Under the pieces are notes generated by a model that did no database searches, was not told the origin of the DNA, and saw nothing but the letters and a program-made list of their open reading frames with translations. From an uncultured Chloroflexia bacterium (GTDB lineage Bacteria > Chloroflexota > Limnocylindria > Limnocylindrales > CSP1-4): DNA of 64,000 nt. Below, piece after piece: positions 30,269 to 40,602 of this stretch (the stretch's first letter is position 1; each line of letters opens with the position of its first letter). The position numbers were made by a program, and so were the translations under genes. Where the stretch lies: assembly GCA_963725745.1 (NCBI GenBank), contig CAVRZS010000005.1, forward strand, positions 1,053,500 to 1,117,499, in the 5' to 3' direction.

Positions 30269-30558
30269 TCGGGGAGCGGGACGATCAGGGGAGCGGGACG
30301 TCGAGGGCGATCCGCATAGATCGGCGCTGTCGCTCCGCCTGCACCTGACCGCACCGGACCACCGGACCGGTCGCGACCACCCCGGACGCCCCCGTACCGG
30401 TCCGCACTGGGACCTTGGGGTGGTGGGAGGGGTCGACAGGGGGGCCTACCGTAGAGGTTCCTCGCCGGGTGGCGCCGCTCCACGGACCGGTGCGCTCGGC
30501 AGCCGCGTCGACACCGTCCTGTGCGTGCGACGCGAGGCCACCGCCGCAGAGGAAGGCC

Positions 30559-33500
30559 GTGCCCCGACCCCCGTCCAGCTTCGACGTCGCCCGCTCCGCC
30601 GCCTCGGCCGGCCTCGCGCTGATCCTGGCCACGGGCGCGCTGCCGGCGCCGGTCGGCGCGGTGGCGGGCCCCGCGATCGTCTCCGGTTCATCGATCGCGG
30701 CCGACGGCGCGCTGGAGGCGGTCGCTGTCGCCGCAGACCCCGAGGCCGGCCCGACAACCGATGCCACCGATGACGCGACCGCGCCCGAGCAGCGCCCGTC
30801 GATCGCCTACGAGGAGGCGATGGCCCACGCCAACGACGTCATCGAGTTCCAGCCGGGCGGCAGGGTCACGGCCGGCTTCAAGCCGCGCGCCGGCGATGCC
30901 TGGCCGATCGACAACCGTCCGCCATCGGCTCTGCCGGGTGGCCGGGCAACCGGCAGGGAGATGGCCGCCAGCCCCCAGGGCAGCCGATGGGCGACCGTGC
31001 GAGGGTCGACGCCTCCGGCCAAGGCTGGCCACGCGAACGCCGCCCCCGACGAAGGCGGAGCCCCGGTCGATGCATCCGGAGGCACCCGGTCGATCGCCGC
31101 CACCGGCGCGTCGTACATCACCGGGGCCGCCGCGACGAGCGTCGAGCCGGCCGCCGCGTCCGGGCTGCGCCGCCAGGTGTTCGGCTTCCTGCCCTACTGG
31201 GAGCTCTCCGGCGCGGGGAGCAAGGTCAACACCGACGTGCTGTCCACGATCGCGTACTTCTCCGTCGGCGCCGACCGCGACGGCAACCTCAAGAAGAAGG
31301 ACCCCGACGGCACCAGGACGACGGGCTGGGGCGGCTGGACGAGCTCGGCCATGACGTCGGTCATCTCGAACGCCCACCGCCACGGCACGCGGGTCGTGCT
31401 CACGGTCAGCGTGTTCGCGTGGACGACGGCCCAGGCGAACACGCAGCGGGCGATCCTCGGCAGCAAGGCGGCGCGGCTGCGGCTCGTCAAGCAGGTCGTC
31501 GCGGCGGTCCGCGATCGCGGCGCGGACGGCGTCAACCTCGACTTCGAGCCGCTCGCCTCGGGCTATGCGGACGAGTTCGTCGCCCTGCTCAAGACCTTCC
31601 GGACGCAGTTCAACAGGATCCGGAGGGGCTATCAGATCACCTACGACACCACCGGATTCATCGGCAACTACCCGCTCGAGGCGTCCGTCGGCAAGGGCGC
31701 GGCCGACGCGATCTTCGTCATGGGCTACGACTACCGGACCTCATCCTCGGGAACGGCGGGTTCCATCGACCCGCTGTCGGGCCCCGGGTACGACCTGGCG
31801 GATACCGTGCGGGCCTACACCGCCCGCGTGAGCCCGTCGCGGATCATCCTCGGCCTGCCGTGGTACGGGCGGGCCTGGTCGACGAGCGACGATGGCCCGC
31901 GATCGCGGACCCTGAGCGGCGCCAAGTACGGCTACAGCGCGGCCGTCAACTACGAGAGCGTCGTAGGCCTGGTCGCGAAGTACGGCCGGCGCTGGGATCC
32001 GCTCGAACGCAGCCCGTACGTCGTCTATCGGCGCCAGAACTGCACCTCGACCTACGGCTGCGTCACCAGCTGGCGGCAGGTCTACTACGACGACGGCGCG
32101 TCGCTCAAGCTCCGCTTCGGGATCGTCAACGACTACGGCCTCCGCGGCGCCGGGATGTGGGCGCTGGGCTACGACGGCGGTCATGCCGAGCTGTATCGCG
32201 CGGTCTCGGACTCGTTCCTGGTCGACAAGTCAGCGCCCCAGGCCGGTATCCGGATGCTGGCCTCGACGCAGGCCGACGAGGGCTTCGTCGTGTCCTGGCC
32301 GGCGCGCGACACCAGCCGCATCGTCTCCTACGACGTCCAGGTCTCGGTGGACGGCGGGCCATGGGCGGCGTGGCTCACGAAGACCCGCGCGACCTCCAAC
32401 GTCTGGCTGGGCGCCGACGGACACGGCTACGCCTTCCGCGTCCGCGCCGTCGACAGCAAGGGGAACGCCGGCAGCTGGAACGTCGGCTCGCGATGGGACG
32501 GCTCGCCATCGCTGGTGCCGGGCGGGTTCGGGCGCGTCGTCGCCGACGGCCTCGCCTACCGCAGCGGGCCCCATACCTCGTCGGTCAAGCTCGGCACCCT
32601 CAAGGCGGACACGATCGTGGCGATCACCCGCGGGCCGGTCTCGTCCGACGGCTACGCCTGGTACGAGGTCACCGAGCCGATCCGCGAGTGGTCGCCGGTC
32701 TCGTTCGCCGAGCGTGGCGTCTGGATCGCGGCCAGGTCGTCGTCGGACACCAACGTCAAGCCCTATCGGGCGCCCAACAGCACGATCGTCGACGCGGGGA
32801 TCCGCGGCCTCGCCTTCGGGCCGGGGCCGGCGTCGGGGGTCGGATCGGCGCCGTCGGCGATCGCCATCCGCGCCTTCTCGCCCAACCGCGACGGCTGGGA
32901 GGACTCGCTGCGCCTGCGTTGGACCAACACGGTCAAGCTCGACGACCTGACGCTCAAGGTCTATCGCACCGACGGACGGCTGGTCGGCCTCGCGGAGCGT
33001 GCCGGACGTCGGCTCGGGTCCCCAGTCGTGGGACTGGAACGGCGTCGCCGGCGGGTCGACGGTCCGGAACGGCCGCTACGTCCTCCAGCTCGTCGGCACC
33101 GCCGGCTCGCGGACGTTCCGTGCGCCGTCGAGCCGCCCGGTGACGAGCGCGCAGGTCGCGGCGTTCGGCGTCAGCGTCGACACGGTTGCCCCGAGGATCA
33201 CCTCCGCATCGGCGTCGAGCACGCTGATCTCGCCCAACGGCGACGGCGTCCGCGAATCGGTGAGGCTCGCCATGGCGTCGGCCGGGGCCACCCATTGGGC
33301 GCTCCAGATCGCGTCGGCGGGTACGGGCATCGTGCGCAGCGGGGGCGGCACCGGCGGTTCGATCGCGTTCATCTGGCACGGCGAGAAGAACGGCGGCGGA
33401 CGCGCGCCCAACGGCCGCTACACGGCGACGCTGTCGGCCATCGACGACGCCGGCAACCGGGCGCGGCGGTCGTTCACGATCACCCTGGACACCACCGCGC

Positions 33501-34387
33501 CGACGGTGTCGATCGTGACCGCACCGGGCGTGTTCTCGCCCAACGGCGACGGCGCGCTCGACGCCACGCGGATTGCCTGGATGGCGAACGAGCGCGCGAC
33601 GGGCAGCGTCCGGATCCTCAAGGGCAGCACGGTCGTCCGGAGCTGGTCCGTGAAGGATCGCTCGAGCTGGGCGGCCACCTGGGACGGGCGCGCCGCCGAC
33701 GGCAGGCGGGTCGCCGACGGCCGCTACGAGGTACGCGTCTCCGTCGCCGACGTGGGCGGCAACCGCCGCGTCACGAGCCGCGCCGTGGTTGTCGATCGCA
33801 CCGCCGGCTTCCTGCGCTGGTCGCGCGGGTTCTATCCCCAGGACGCCGACGCCCTCGCGCCGACCTCGACGCTGAGCTTCAGGCTCACCCGCGACGCGAC
33901 GACGTCCCTGCGCCTGTACAACGCGGCCGGAGCACTGGTGCGGACGATCTGGACGGGCCGGACGCAGCATGCGGGTGACCGACACTGGACATGGGACGGC
34001 AAGCTCGGTGGCGGCGCGTTCGCGCCGCAGGGCCGGTACGTCGCCCGCCTGACGGCGAAATCCGCCCTCGGCACCGTAGTGCTGGCGCGGACCGTGTGGG
34101 CCGGTGCGTTCGCCGTGACGCCCTCGGCGACCAGGGTGAGACCGGGACAGACGCTGAAGGTCGTGTTCACGACGCTCGAGCCCCTGAGCTCGAAGCCCAC
34201 GGTGGCGTTCACCCAACCGGGCAGGGCCAAGGTCACCGTGACGGCGACCCGGCGGGCCGATGGATCGTATGTCGCTTCGTTCAGCGTCCGCAGCGGCGGG
34301 GCCGGCCAGGCGTCGATCCGGGTGTCGGCCAAGGACAGTGGGGGACGGCTGAACCGGACCACGGTGTTCGTCAAGGTTGCCGCGTGA
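30559..34387 (+). CDS. Secreted GH18 glycoside hydrolase with FN3, SH3-like and several FlgD-Ig-like domains (frameshift near 32988)
   Basis: FGFLPYW, DGVNLDFE, VMGYDY, LGLPWYG, GMWALG; YAFRVRAVD; repeated (F/I)SPNGDG and WDG..DGRY. Confidence 0.88.
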
Positions 34388-34427
34388 GCCGGCACGTACA
34401 CTCACGGCGTATGACGACCGACCCGCG

Positions 34428-35216
34428 ATGACTACGGACCAGGACGCGACCGGCGCCGGCGACGGACCGCCCGTCGGCGCCGGGACCTGGGTGATCCTGC
34501 CCACCTACAACGAGGCGGACAACCTGCCCGGGATCTCGGCCGCAATCCTCGAGGCGCTCCCAGGGGCGGTGCTCCTCGTCGTGGACGATGGGTCTCCCGA
34601 CGGCACGGGCCAGCTCGCCGACGGCCTCGCGGCCGCCGATGCGCGCGTCCGGGTCAAGCACCGCGCCGCCAAGCAGGGCCTCGGCCGCGCCTATCTCGAC
34701 GGGTTCGGCGATGCGCTCGGGGGCGGTGCGACGACCGTCGTGCAGATGGATGCCGACTGGTCCCACGACCCGAAGGTCCTGCCGCGCCTGATCGGTCCGA
34801 TCGGCGCCGGCAAGGCGGATCTCGTGATCGGGTCGCGGTACACGCGCGGCGGCGGCGTCGAGGACTGGGGCCTGACGCGGCGGATCATCTCGCGCGGCGG
34901 CTCGATGTTCGCGCGGATCGTCCTCAGCCTCCGCCCCCACGACCTCACCGGCGGGTTCAAGGCGTGGCGGGCGACGACGCTGGCCAACGTGCCGTTCGAG
35001 GGCGTCCGCGCCGGCGGCTACGTGTTCCAGATCGAGATGACGTATCGCGCGTCGCGGCTGGGCGCGCGGGTGGTCGAGGTCCCGATCACGTTTCGCGATC
35101 GCCGCGTCGGGCAGTCCAAGATGCATCGCCGGATCCTGGTCGAGGCCCTCGTGGTCGTCGTGAGGCTGCGCTGGGACGAGCTGCGCGGTCGTGGGCCGGT
35201 GCCCCGGACGACGTGA
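34428..35216 (+). CDS. Polyprenol monophosphomannose synthase-like GT2
   Basis: ILPTYNEADN, VDDGSPDGT, GLGRAY, QMDADWSH, GSRY, GYVFQIE. Confidence 0.9.
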   Translation: MTTDQDATGAGDGPPVGAGTWVILPTYNEADNLPGISAAILEALPGAVLLVVDDGSPDGTGQLADGLAAADARVRVKHRAAKQGLGRAYLDGFGDALGGGATTVVQMDADWSHDPKVLPRLIGPIGAGKADLVIGSRYTRGGGVEDWGLTRRIISRGGSMFARIVLSLRPHDLTGGFKAWRATTLANVPFEGVRAGGYVFQIEMTYRASRLGARVVEVPITFRDRRVGQSKMHRRILVEALVVVVRLRWDELRGRGPVPRTT

Positions 35217-36493
35217 CCGCGCACGTCCGGCCGGGCTGGCGACCCGGTGCGGACCAGGGCGCCGGGCCGACGACTCCCGGCGTCCGGGTCGTCATCGACG
35301 TCCGTCCGCTCCAGGATCCCGAGCGAGCGCCGCTGACCGCCGCCTACCTTGAAGCGCTGCTCGATGCCCTCAACGACGACCCCCAGCCCGAGGAGTCGTT
35401 CTCGTTCCTGGTCGCGGCCGACCTCGTCGATCCCTCGGACCGCTGGCCCAACCTCCGCCTGGTCGGCACCCGTCACCTCCCGCCGACGCGCCTGCTGCGG
35501 TCGGGCGCCTTGACCGTCGACCCGTTCGTCCTCCGCGGCGCCTCGTTCGGAGCCGGCTGGCGGGCGGAGCGGGAGGGTGCGGCCGGCACCGTCTACCACG
35601 CGGCCGCTGGCGGCCTCCCGATCCTGTCGGCGATTCCCGTCGTGGCCGCGTTGCTCGACCTTGCGCCGTGGTCGATGCCCGAGGCGTTCCAGCGCGGGAC
35701 CGTCGCGCGGTTCGGGCAGCGGCTGCGGTCGCGGCTGCTGAAGGATGCCACCGCGGTCCTCGTCCCCAGCCGCGCGACCGCCGCCGAGGCGCGCCAGCTG
35801 CTGCGGGTCCGCAAGGCGCGGCTGCGGGTCATCCCGCTCGCCGCGCGACCGGAGTACCGACCCGAGGCGGCGGCCGCAGCCGCGATCGAACGCGAGCGCC
35901 TGGGCCTCGGCGAGCGGTATGCCGTGTACGCCGGTCGCTACGACGCCCGCCAGGACCTGCCGACGTTGTTCGCCGCGCTCGCCGAGCTCGTCGCCGAGGA
36001 GCGCCCGGCGTCGGTGCCGGTCGATTCCTGGCCGCCGCGGGTGTGCCTCGTGGGTGCGTCTCCCGCGGACCGCGCGGCGGTGTCGCGTGCGGCGCTGCGC
36101 TCGGGCGTCGCCGATGTCATCGCGTACGCACCGAACCTGCCCGAGGACCGGCTCGCTTCCCTGGTGGCCGGGGCACGGTTCCTCGTCCAGCCGGTGCGCT
36201 CCGAGGCGTCGGGCATCGCCGCCCTCGATGCGCTCGCGGCATGCGTGCCCGTCATCGCGAGCGCGACGGGCGCCCTGCCCGAGATCGTCGGGCCGGCCGG
36301 TGTACTCGTCGAGCCCGGCGACCGTGCGCGGCTCGCGACGGCGATCCGGGCGGTGTGGTCGGACGATGCGTTCCACGCTGGCCTGGTCGAGGCCGCGCGC
36401 GAGCGAGCCGATCGGGCGCGCACGTGGGCCGACGTCGCCCGCGAGACACGCGCCGTGTGGGCCGAGGTCGCTCGCCCCGCGCCGTTGCGCTGA
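35213..36493 (+). CDS. GT4 family glycosyltransferase
   Basis: GTGA overlap; SEASGIAALDALAACVPVIAS..GALPEIVG, RTWADVARET. Confidence 0.85.
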   Translation: MTAHVRPGWRPGADQGAGPTTPGVRVVIDVRPLQDPERAPLTAAYLEALLDALNDDPQPEESFSFLVAADLVDPSDRWPNLRLVGTRHLPPTRLLRSGALTVDPFVLRGASFGAGWRAEREGAAGTVYHAAAGGLPILSAIPVVAALLDLAPWSMPEAFQRGTVARFGQRLRSRLLKDATAVLVPSRATAAEARQLLRVRKARLRVIPLAARPEYRPEAAAAAAIERERLGLGERYAVYAGRYDARQDLPTLFAALAELVAEERPASVPVDSWPPRVCLVGASPADRAAVSRAALRSGVADVIAYAPNLPEDRLASLVAGARFLVQPVRSEASGIAALDALAACVPVIASATGALPEIVGPAGVLVEPGDRARLATAIRAVWSDDAFHAGLVEAARERADRARTWADVARETRAVWAEVARPAPLR

Positions 36494-36509
36494 GGCCGCG
36501 CTCGCCGGC

Positions 36510-37790
36510 CTAGGCGATCGCCCGCTGCAGCGCTCCGTACGCCCCGCCGGGCTCGATGACGCCGGTCGCCGCCGCCGGCACCGTGCCGTCCTTGACCGTG
36601 ATCTTCGTGCTCGTCGGCACGACCTGCACGAACGTCTGGCCGCGGGTGAGGGTGACCGGGTCGCCGTTGCGGTCGAAGAACCGCGTCTTGGCGCGGAAGC
36701 CTGACTTCTTCCAGGTCCCCCGGATCGTCTTGCCGTTGGTCGCGATCCACGCCTTGCCCGAACCCGTGACCCTGGCCTCGAGGCGGCTCTTGTGACTGCC
36801 GTCGTTGAGGGGCGCGAAGCTGACCGCCATGACCACGACGTTGGTCGGTGCGATCCGGGTCTTGGTGCCCGCGTCGACCTGCTTCTTCTCGCCGGTCACG
36901 GACCGCTGGTAGCGGTTGGTGTCGCGGTTGTACTTGTAGGTGATCCGGTTGGCGAGGTACGGGACCACGATCGTGCCGCCCTGCGGCCGCTGCTCGATCG
37001 GGGCGGGATCGGCGAAGTTCCAGACCGGGTGCTGGCCCGGGACCGGCTTTGCGCCGAAGCGATGGGCGAGCTGTCGCAGACGCTTGTTGTCCGTATAGAC
37101 GTTGTGGGGCGCGATCCGCGAATTGATCCGCGAGAATTCTGGCTCGCCGATCCGGAGCGCGTCCGCGTTGTACACGTACGACCCCCGCCCTTTGGACGAG
37201 TCGAGCAGTGCCTTCGCCTGCGGCGAGCCGCCGGCATGCGCGTACAGCGGCCGCCACTCGGACGCCCAGGCGATGAAGTACAGCCTCGAGCTCCGGACCG
37301 GACCGACCGCCCGCGGTTCGCCGTCCTGGAAGAACGCCATGTAGCGCGGGATGCCGCCCTCGGCGGGGGCCTGCCAGACCACGCTGGCATCGCTGAGCCC
37401 CGACTGCGGCCGGGCGTCGAACTGGTCGTCGATCATCACCACCATCACGTGGCGATTGGCGACGGATGGCTTCACGAGCTCACCGGTCAGGGGCGCGGGA
37501 ACCAGCACCGGCGTCGGGACGGGGGTGGCCGACGGCGAGGCGGACGGCCCGCCCGACGGCTCCGAGCTCGACCCGGCGGACTCGGCCGGTGCCGGCGATC
37601 CGACATCCCCCGACGCTGGGGCGCCCGATGTCGGAGCCGGCGATCCAACGCCGGCGACCGGCGCGGGCGTCTTGCTGGGCGTCGCGCTCAGCATCCCCGC
37701 CGCCCCGATTCCGAGCAGCACGCCCACGACCAGGACAACGACCACGACGGCGCCGGCGACGTTCCGGCTCACGAGGCGAACCCTCGCCAA
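36510..37790 (-). CDS. DUF3048 (YerB-like) membrane-anchored protein
   Basis: APLTG, ARPQSGL, AEGGIPR, GPVRSSR, HAGGS, APHNVY, GQTFVQVV. Confidence 0.9.
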   Translation of the reverse strand: MARVRLVSRNVAGAVVVVVLVVGVLLGIGAAGMLSATPSKTPAPVAGVGSPAPTSGAPASGDVGSPAPAESAGSSSEPSGGPSASPSATPVPTPVLVPAPLTGELVKPSVANRHVMVVMIDDQFDARPQSGLSDASVVWQAPAEGGIPRYMAFFQDGEPRAVGPVRSSRLYFIAWASEWRPLYAHAGGSPQAKALLDSSKGRGSYVYNADALRIGEPEFSRINSRIAPHNVYTDNKRLRQLAHRFGAKPVPGQHPVWNFADPAPIEQRPQGGTIVVPYLANRITYKYNRDTNRYQRSVTGEKKQVDAGTKTRIAPTNVVVMAVSFAPLNDGSHKSRLEARVTGSGKAWIATNGKTIRGTWKKSGFRAKTRFFDRNGDPVTLTRGQTFVQVVPTSTKITVKDGTVPAAATGVIEPGGAYGALQRAIA

Positions 37791-38008
37791 GAACCCTCAG
37801 GACGGTTCATGCACATCCCCGGCCGCGCATCTCGACGGCGCGACCCCGCACCGGCCACACGGCCAGATCCGGTCGGGCGGCAGGATAGCCGAACTCGGCG
37901 CGACGTGCCCCTGGCGACCGTCGAAGCCCGGCCGTGGGCGGCCGCAACGCGTTGGGGTAGGCTGCGCCTAGTTCGCCCGTCACCGTGCGCACGCCCGAGG
38001 TTCGATCG

Positions 38009-38728
38009 ATGCCCGACGAGACGCCCAACCCTGCCAAGCGCACACGCAAGCGCTCGACGCGCAAGGCCGCGCCGGACCTGGTGGGCGTGATGGCGCCCGA
38101 CCCGGACCCCGATCCCGAGCTGGAGGCCGTCGGCGCCGCCGGGGGCGAGACCGAAGACGGTGGATCGACCGCCGCCGCGGACGCACCGGCGACCGACGAC
38201 GCGAGCCAGGACGTCGCACCGGCCGTCGTCACCGACCCTCCGTCGGATGGTCCGCTACCGGCCGGCGAATCGGCGGCCAGCGCGGAGCTGCCCGACACCG
38301 TGCTGCGCGTCCAGCGCGGCGGGATCGGTGAGGCGACCGCGGGCAGCGTCGAGGTCCACGTCGGGGGGATCGGGGCGCTCGAGGCGGAGGAGGTCTTCGT
38401 CGAGTGGGGCGGCGTGGGCGCCGCGCGAGCCGACCGATTGAGCGTGGAGTTCGGCAGCGTCGGCGCGGCGCTGGCCGGCGAGATGCGGCTGACGCAGGGC
38501 TTCGCCGGGGCGGTCGCCGCCCGCGAAGCCACGATCGAGCAGGGCCTGGTCCGGACGCTGATCGCGCAGGAGGTGACGATCAACCGCCCGACGGGGGTGC
38601 TGGTCATGATCGCGCAGCGGGTGTCGGGAGACGTCCGCCCGGTGCTCGACTGGCGCGGGGCGCTGGCGGCCGGTGCCGCGTTCGCCGTCGTGTCCGTGTT
38701 GCTCCGCGGGCTGCGCGGCCGAAGCTAG
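38009..38728 (+). CDS. Hypothetical tail-anchored protein with 15-residue beta-solenoid-like repeats
   Basis: Six 15-aa repeats (GGIG..A..V.V pattern), C-terminal hydrophobic helix; TAGGCT at 37957. Confidence 0.7.
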   Translation: MPDETPNPAKRTRKRSTRKAAPDLVGVMAPDPDPDPELEAVGAAGGETEDGGSTAAADAPATDDASQDVAPAVVTDPPSDGPLPAGESAASAELPDTVLRVQRGGIGEATAGSVEVHVGGIGALEAEEVFVEWGGVGAARADRLSVEFGSVGAALAGEMRLTQGFAGAVAAREATIEQGLVRTLIAQEVTINRPTGVLVMIAQRVSGDVRPVLDWRGALAAGAAFAVVSVLLRGLRGRS

Positions 38729-38740
38729 GGAGCGGCTTCC

Positions 38741-39598
38741 TCAGCCCTTCCTGCGACGGCCTCGGCCCCCCAGCGGGCGCGTGCGCAGCTGGAGCACGCC
38801 CTTCTCCTTCGCCTCGGCCCGGCGTTCGGCCATGTGCTCCTTGTGAAGCTCGACGACCTCGGCGGGCGACCCCTGGTGGGCAATCCGGCCCTTCTCGATC
38901 AGGATCGCGCGGTTGCAGTACTCGGTCACCCAGTTCATGTCGTGGGTCACGAGCACGATCGCCTTGGCATCGCGCACGAGTTCGAGCACCCGCGCCTTCG
39001 ACTTCTCGCGGAATGCGGCGTCGCCGGTCGCGAGGACCTCGTCCAGCAGCAGGATGTCGGGCTCCACCGAGGTCGCGATCGCGAACCCGAGCCGGGCGCG
39101 CATGCCGGCCGAGTACGTCTTGATCGGCGCGTCGATGAACTGGCCGATCTCCGCGTAGTCGATGATCGACTGCAGCCGTTCCTCGACGAGGCGGTGATCG
39201 AGGCCCATGAACGCCCCGGCCAGCCGGATGTTGTCGACCCCGCTCAGGTCCTCGTCGAAGCCGACCCCGAGCGTCAGCAGGCTCGAGATGTGTCCATCCA
39301 CCTCGACGACGCCCTCGGACGGAACCAGGATCCCGGCCAGCACCTGGAGCAGGGTGCTCTTGCCGGCGCCGTTGGGGCCGATCACGCCCACCGACTCGCC
39401 CTGCAGGACCGTGAACGACGCGTCGCGCAGCGCCCAGAAGTCGGGGTCGCCGACACGCCGGATACGACGCACGAACGAGTCGCGCACGGTCTGCTTGCGG
39501 GTCAGGTGCAGGCTGTAGCGAACGCCCAGGCGCTCCGCGCGGATGACGACGCGCTCATTGACGGGGACACTCACGGGATCGGCGGCCACCTGGGTCAC
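38741..39598 (-). CDS. wzt: Polysaccharide ABC exporter ATPase (Wzt/TagH)
   Basis: FWALRDASF, GPNGAGKST, YSAGMRARLGFA, LLDEVLATGD. Confidence 0.92.
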   Translation of the reverse strand: MTQVAADPVSVPVNERVVIRAERLGVRYSLHLTRKQTVRDSFVRRIRRVGDPDFWALRDASFTVLQGESVGVIGPNGAGKSTLLQVLAGILVPSEGVVEVDGHISSLLTLGVGFDEDLSGVDNIRLAGAFMGLDHRLVEERLQSIIDYAEIGQFIDAPIKTYSAGMRARLGFAIATSVEPDILLLDEVLATGDAAFREKSKARVLELVRDAKAIVLVTHDMNWVTEYCNRAILIEKGRIAHQGSPAEVVELHKEHMAERRAEAKEKGVLQLRTRPLGGRGRRRKG

Positions 39599-40465
39599 AG
39601 GCACCTTCGCGAACGAGGGTTCCGCTCGCTTGAACAGGAGCACGGCGACCAGGACCATGCCGACCGACACCATGAGGAGGATCAGCAGGGGCCGCCATTC
39701 CGGCGCATGGCCGGTGTAGATCAGGTCGCGGTACGACGTGAACAGCACCGTCCAGGGATTGAGCTCGAAGATGGTCCCGAGCGCGGGATTTTGCTTCGTG
39801 AGGTCATGGACGAGCTGCGGCGGGTAGAGGGCGGGTGAGAGGTAGAACCACATGCGCAGCAGGTGCCTCGAGAGGTTGCCGATGTCGCGGTAGAAGACGT
39901 TCGCGAACGACACGAAGATCGCAAAGGCGAGCGAGAACACGAGCTGCACGAAGGCGACCAACGGGATCAGGAGCAGCCATGCGCTCGCGTGAGACCGGTA
40001 GAAGATGAACACGATCGCGAACAGCGGGACGAGGCCGAACAGGAAGCTCACCACGACGCCATCGTCGTCGCCGTGGGCAGCACGAGCTTCGGGAAGTAGA
40101 TCTGCTTGATGAGGCGCTCGCGCGCCACGATCGAGCCGACGCCATCGCTGACCGCCGACGTGGAACCACTTCCACGGCAGGATCGCGCACAGGACGAACA
40201 GCGGATAATCGGGGACGCTGCCGCGCTGCAGGATGATGCCCATGAAGATCACGTACACGAGCATCTGCAGCAGTGGATCCATGAACCACCACAGGTTGCC
40301 CAGCAGCGTGTCCGCGCCGGCCTTGCGCAGGTCGGCTCGAACGAGGTAGTTGATCAGGCGCCGCCGGGACACGACCTCGCGGATGCCACCCACCACGAGG
40401 GAGAAGGCCCCGGGACGAACCGACGACGACCGAAACGAGGCAGGCGCCTCAGATGTGGCGGTCAC
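39595..40465 (-). CDS. wzm: Polysaccharide ABC exporter permease (Wzm/TagG); carries compensating indels
   Basis: LGNLWWFMDPL, LPWKWF, LIKQIYFP (in shifted frame 40060-40160), YRDI, LNP; GTG 7 nt after TACCCT. Confidence 0.88.
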
Positions 40466-40602
40466 GGCCGGGAGGGTAGCACGCGACCCACGCACCGGCC
40501 GCGGCCCACGTCCGGGGAGTTGGGGTACCATTGCGCGCCGCGCCGCCAGCGAACCCTCTCCCGTCGCCGCGACGGCCGCTATCACGAGGTCTCTCCCACC
40601 CG

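Noticed and set aside
30395-30470. c-di-AMP (ydaO) riboswitch upstream of the GH18 gene
   Set aside because: Only GGGACC..TTGGGGTG resembles it; the GCTGAATC and CCCGTCAGCTAAC elements are missing
34411-34431. Leaderless uORF MTTDPR* overlapping the GT2 start (MTTDQD)
   Set aside because: Could equally be a short duplication or another indel error joining it to the gene; cannot be supported
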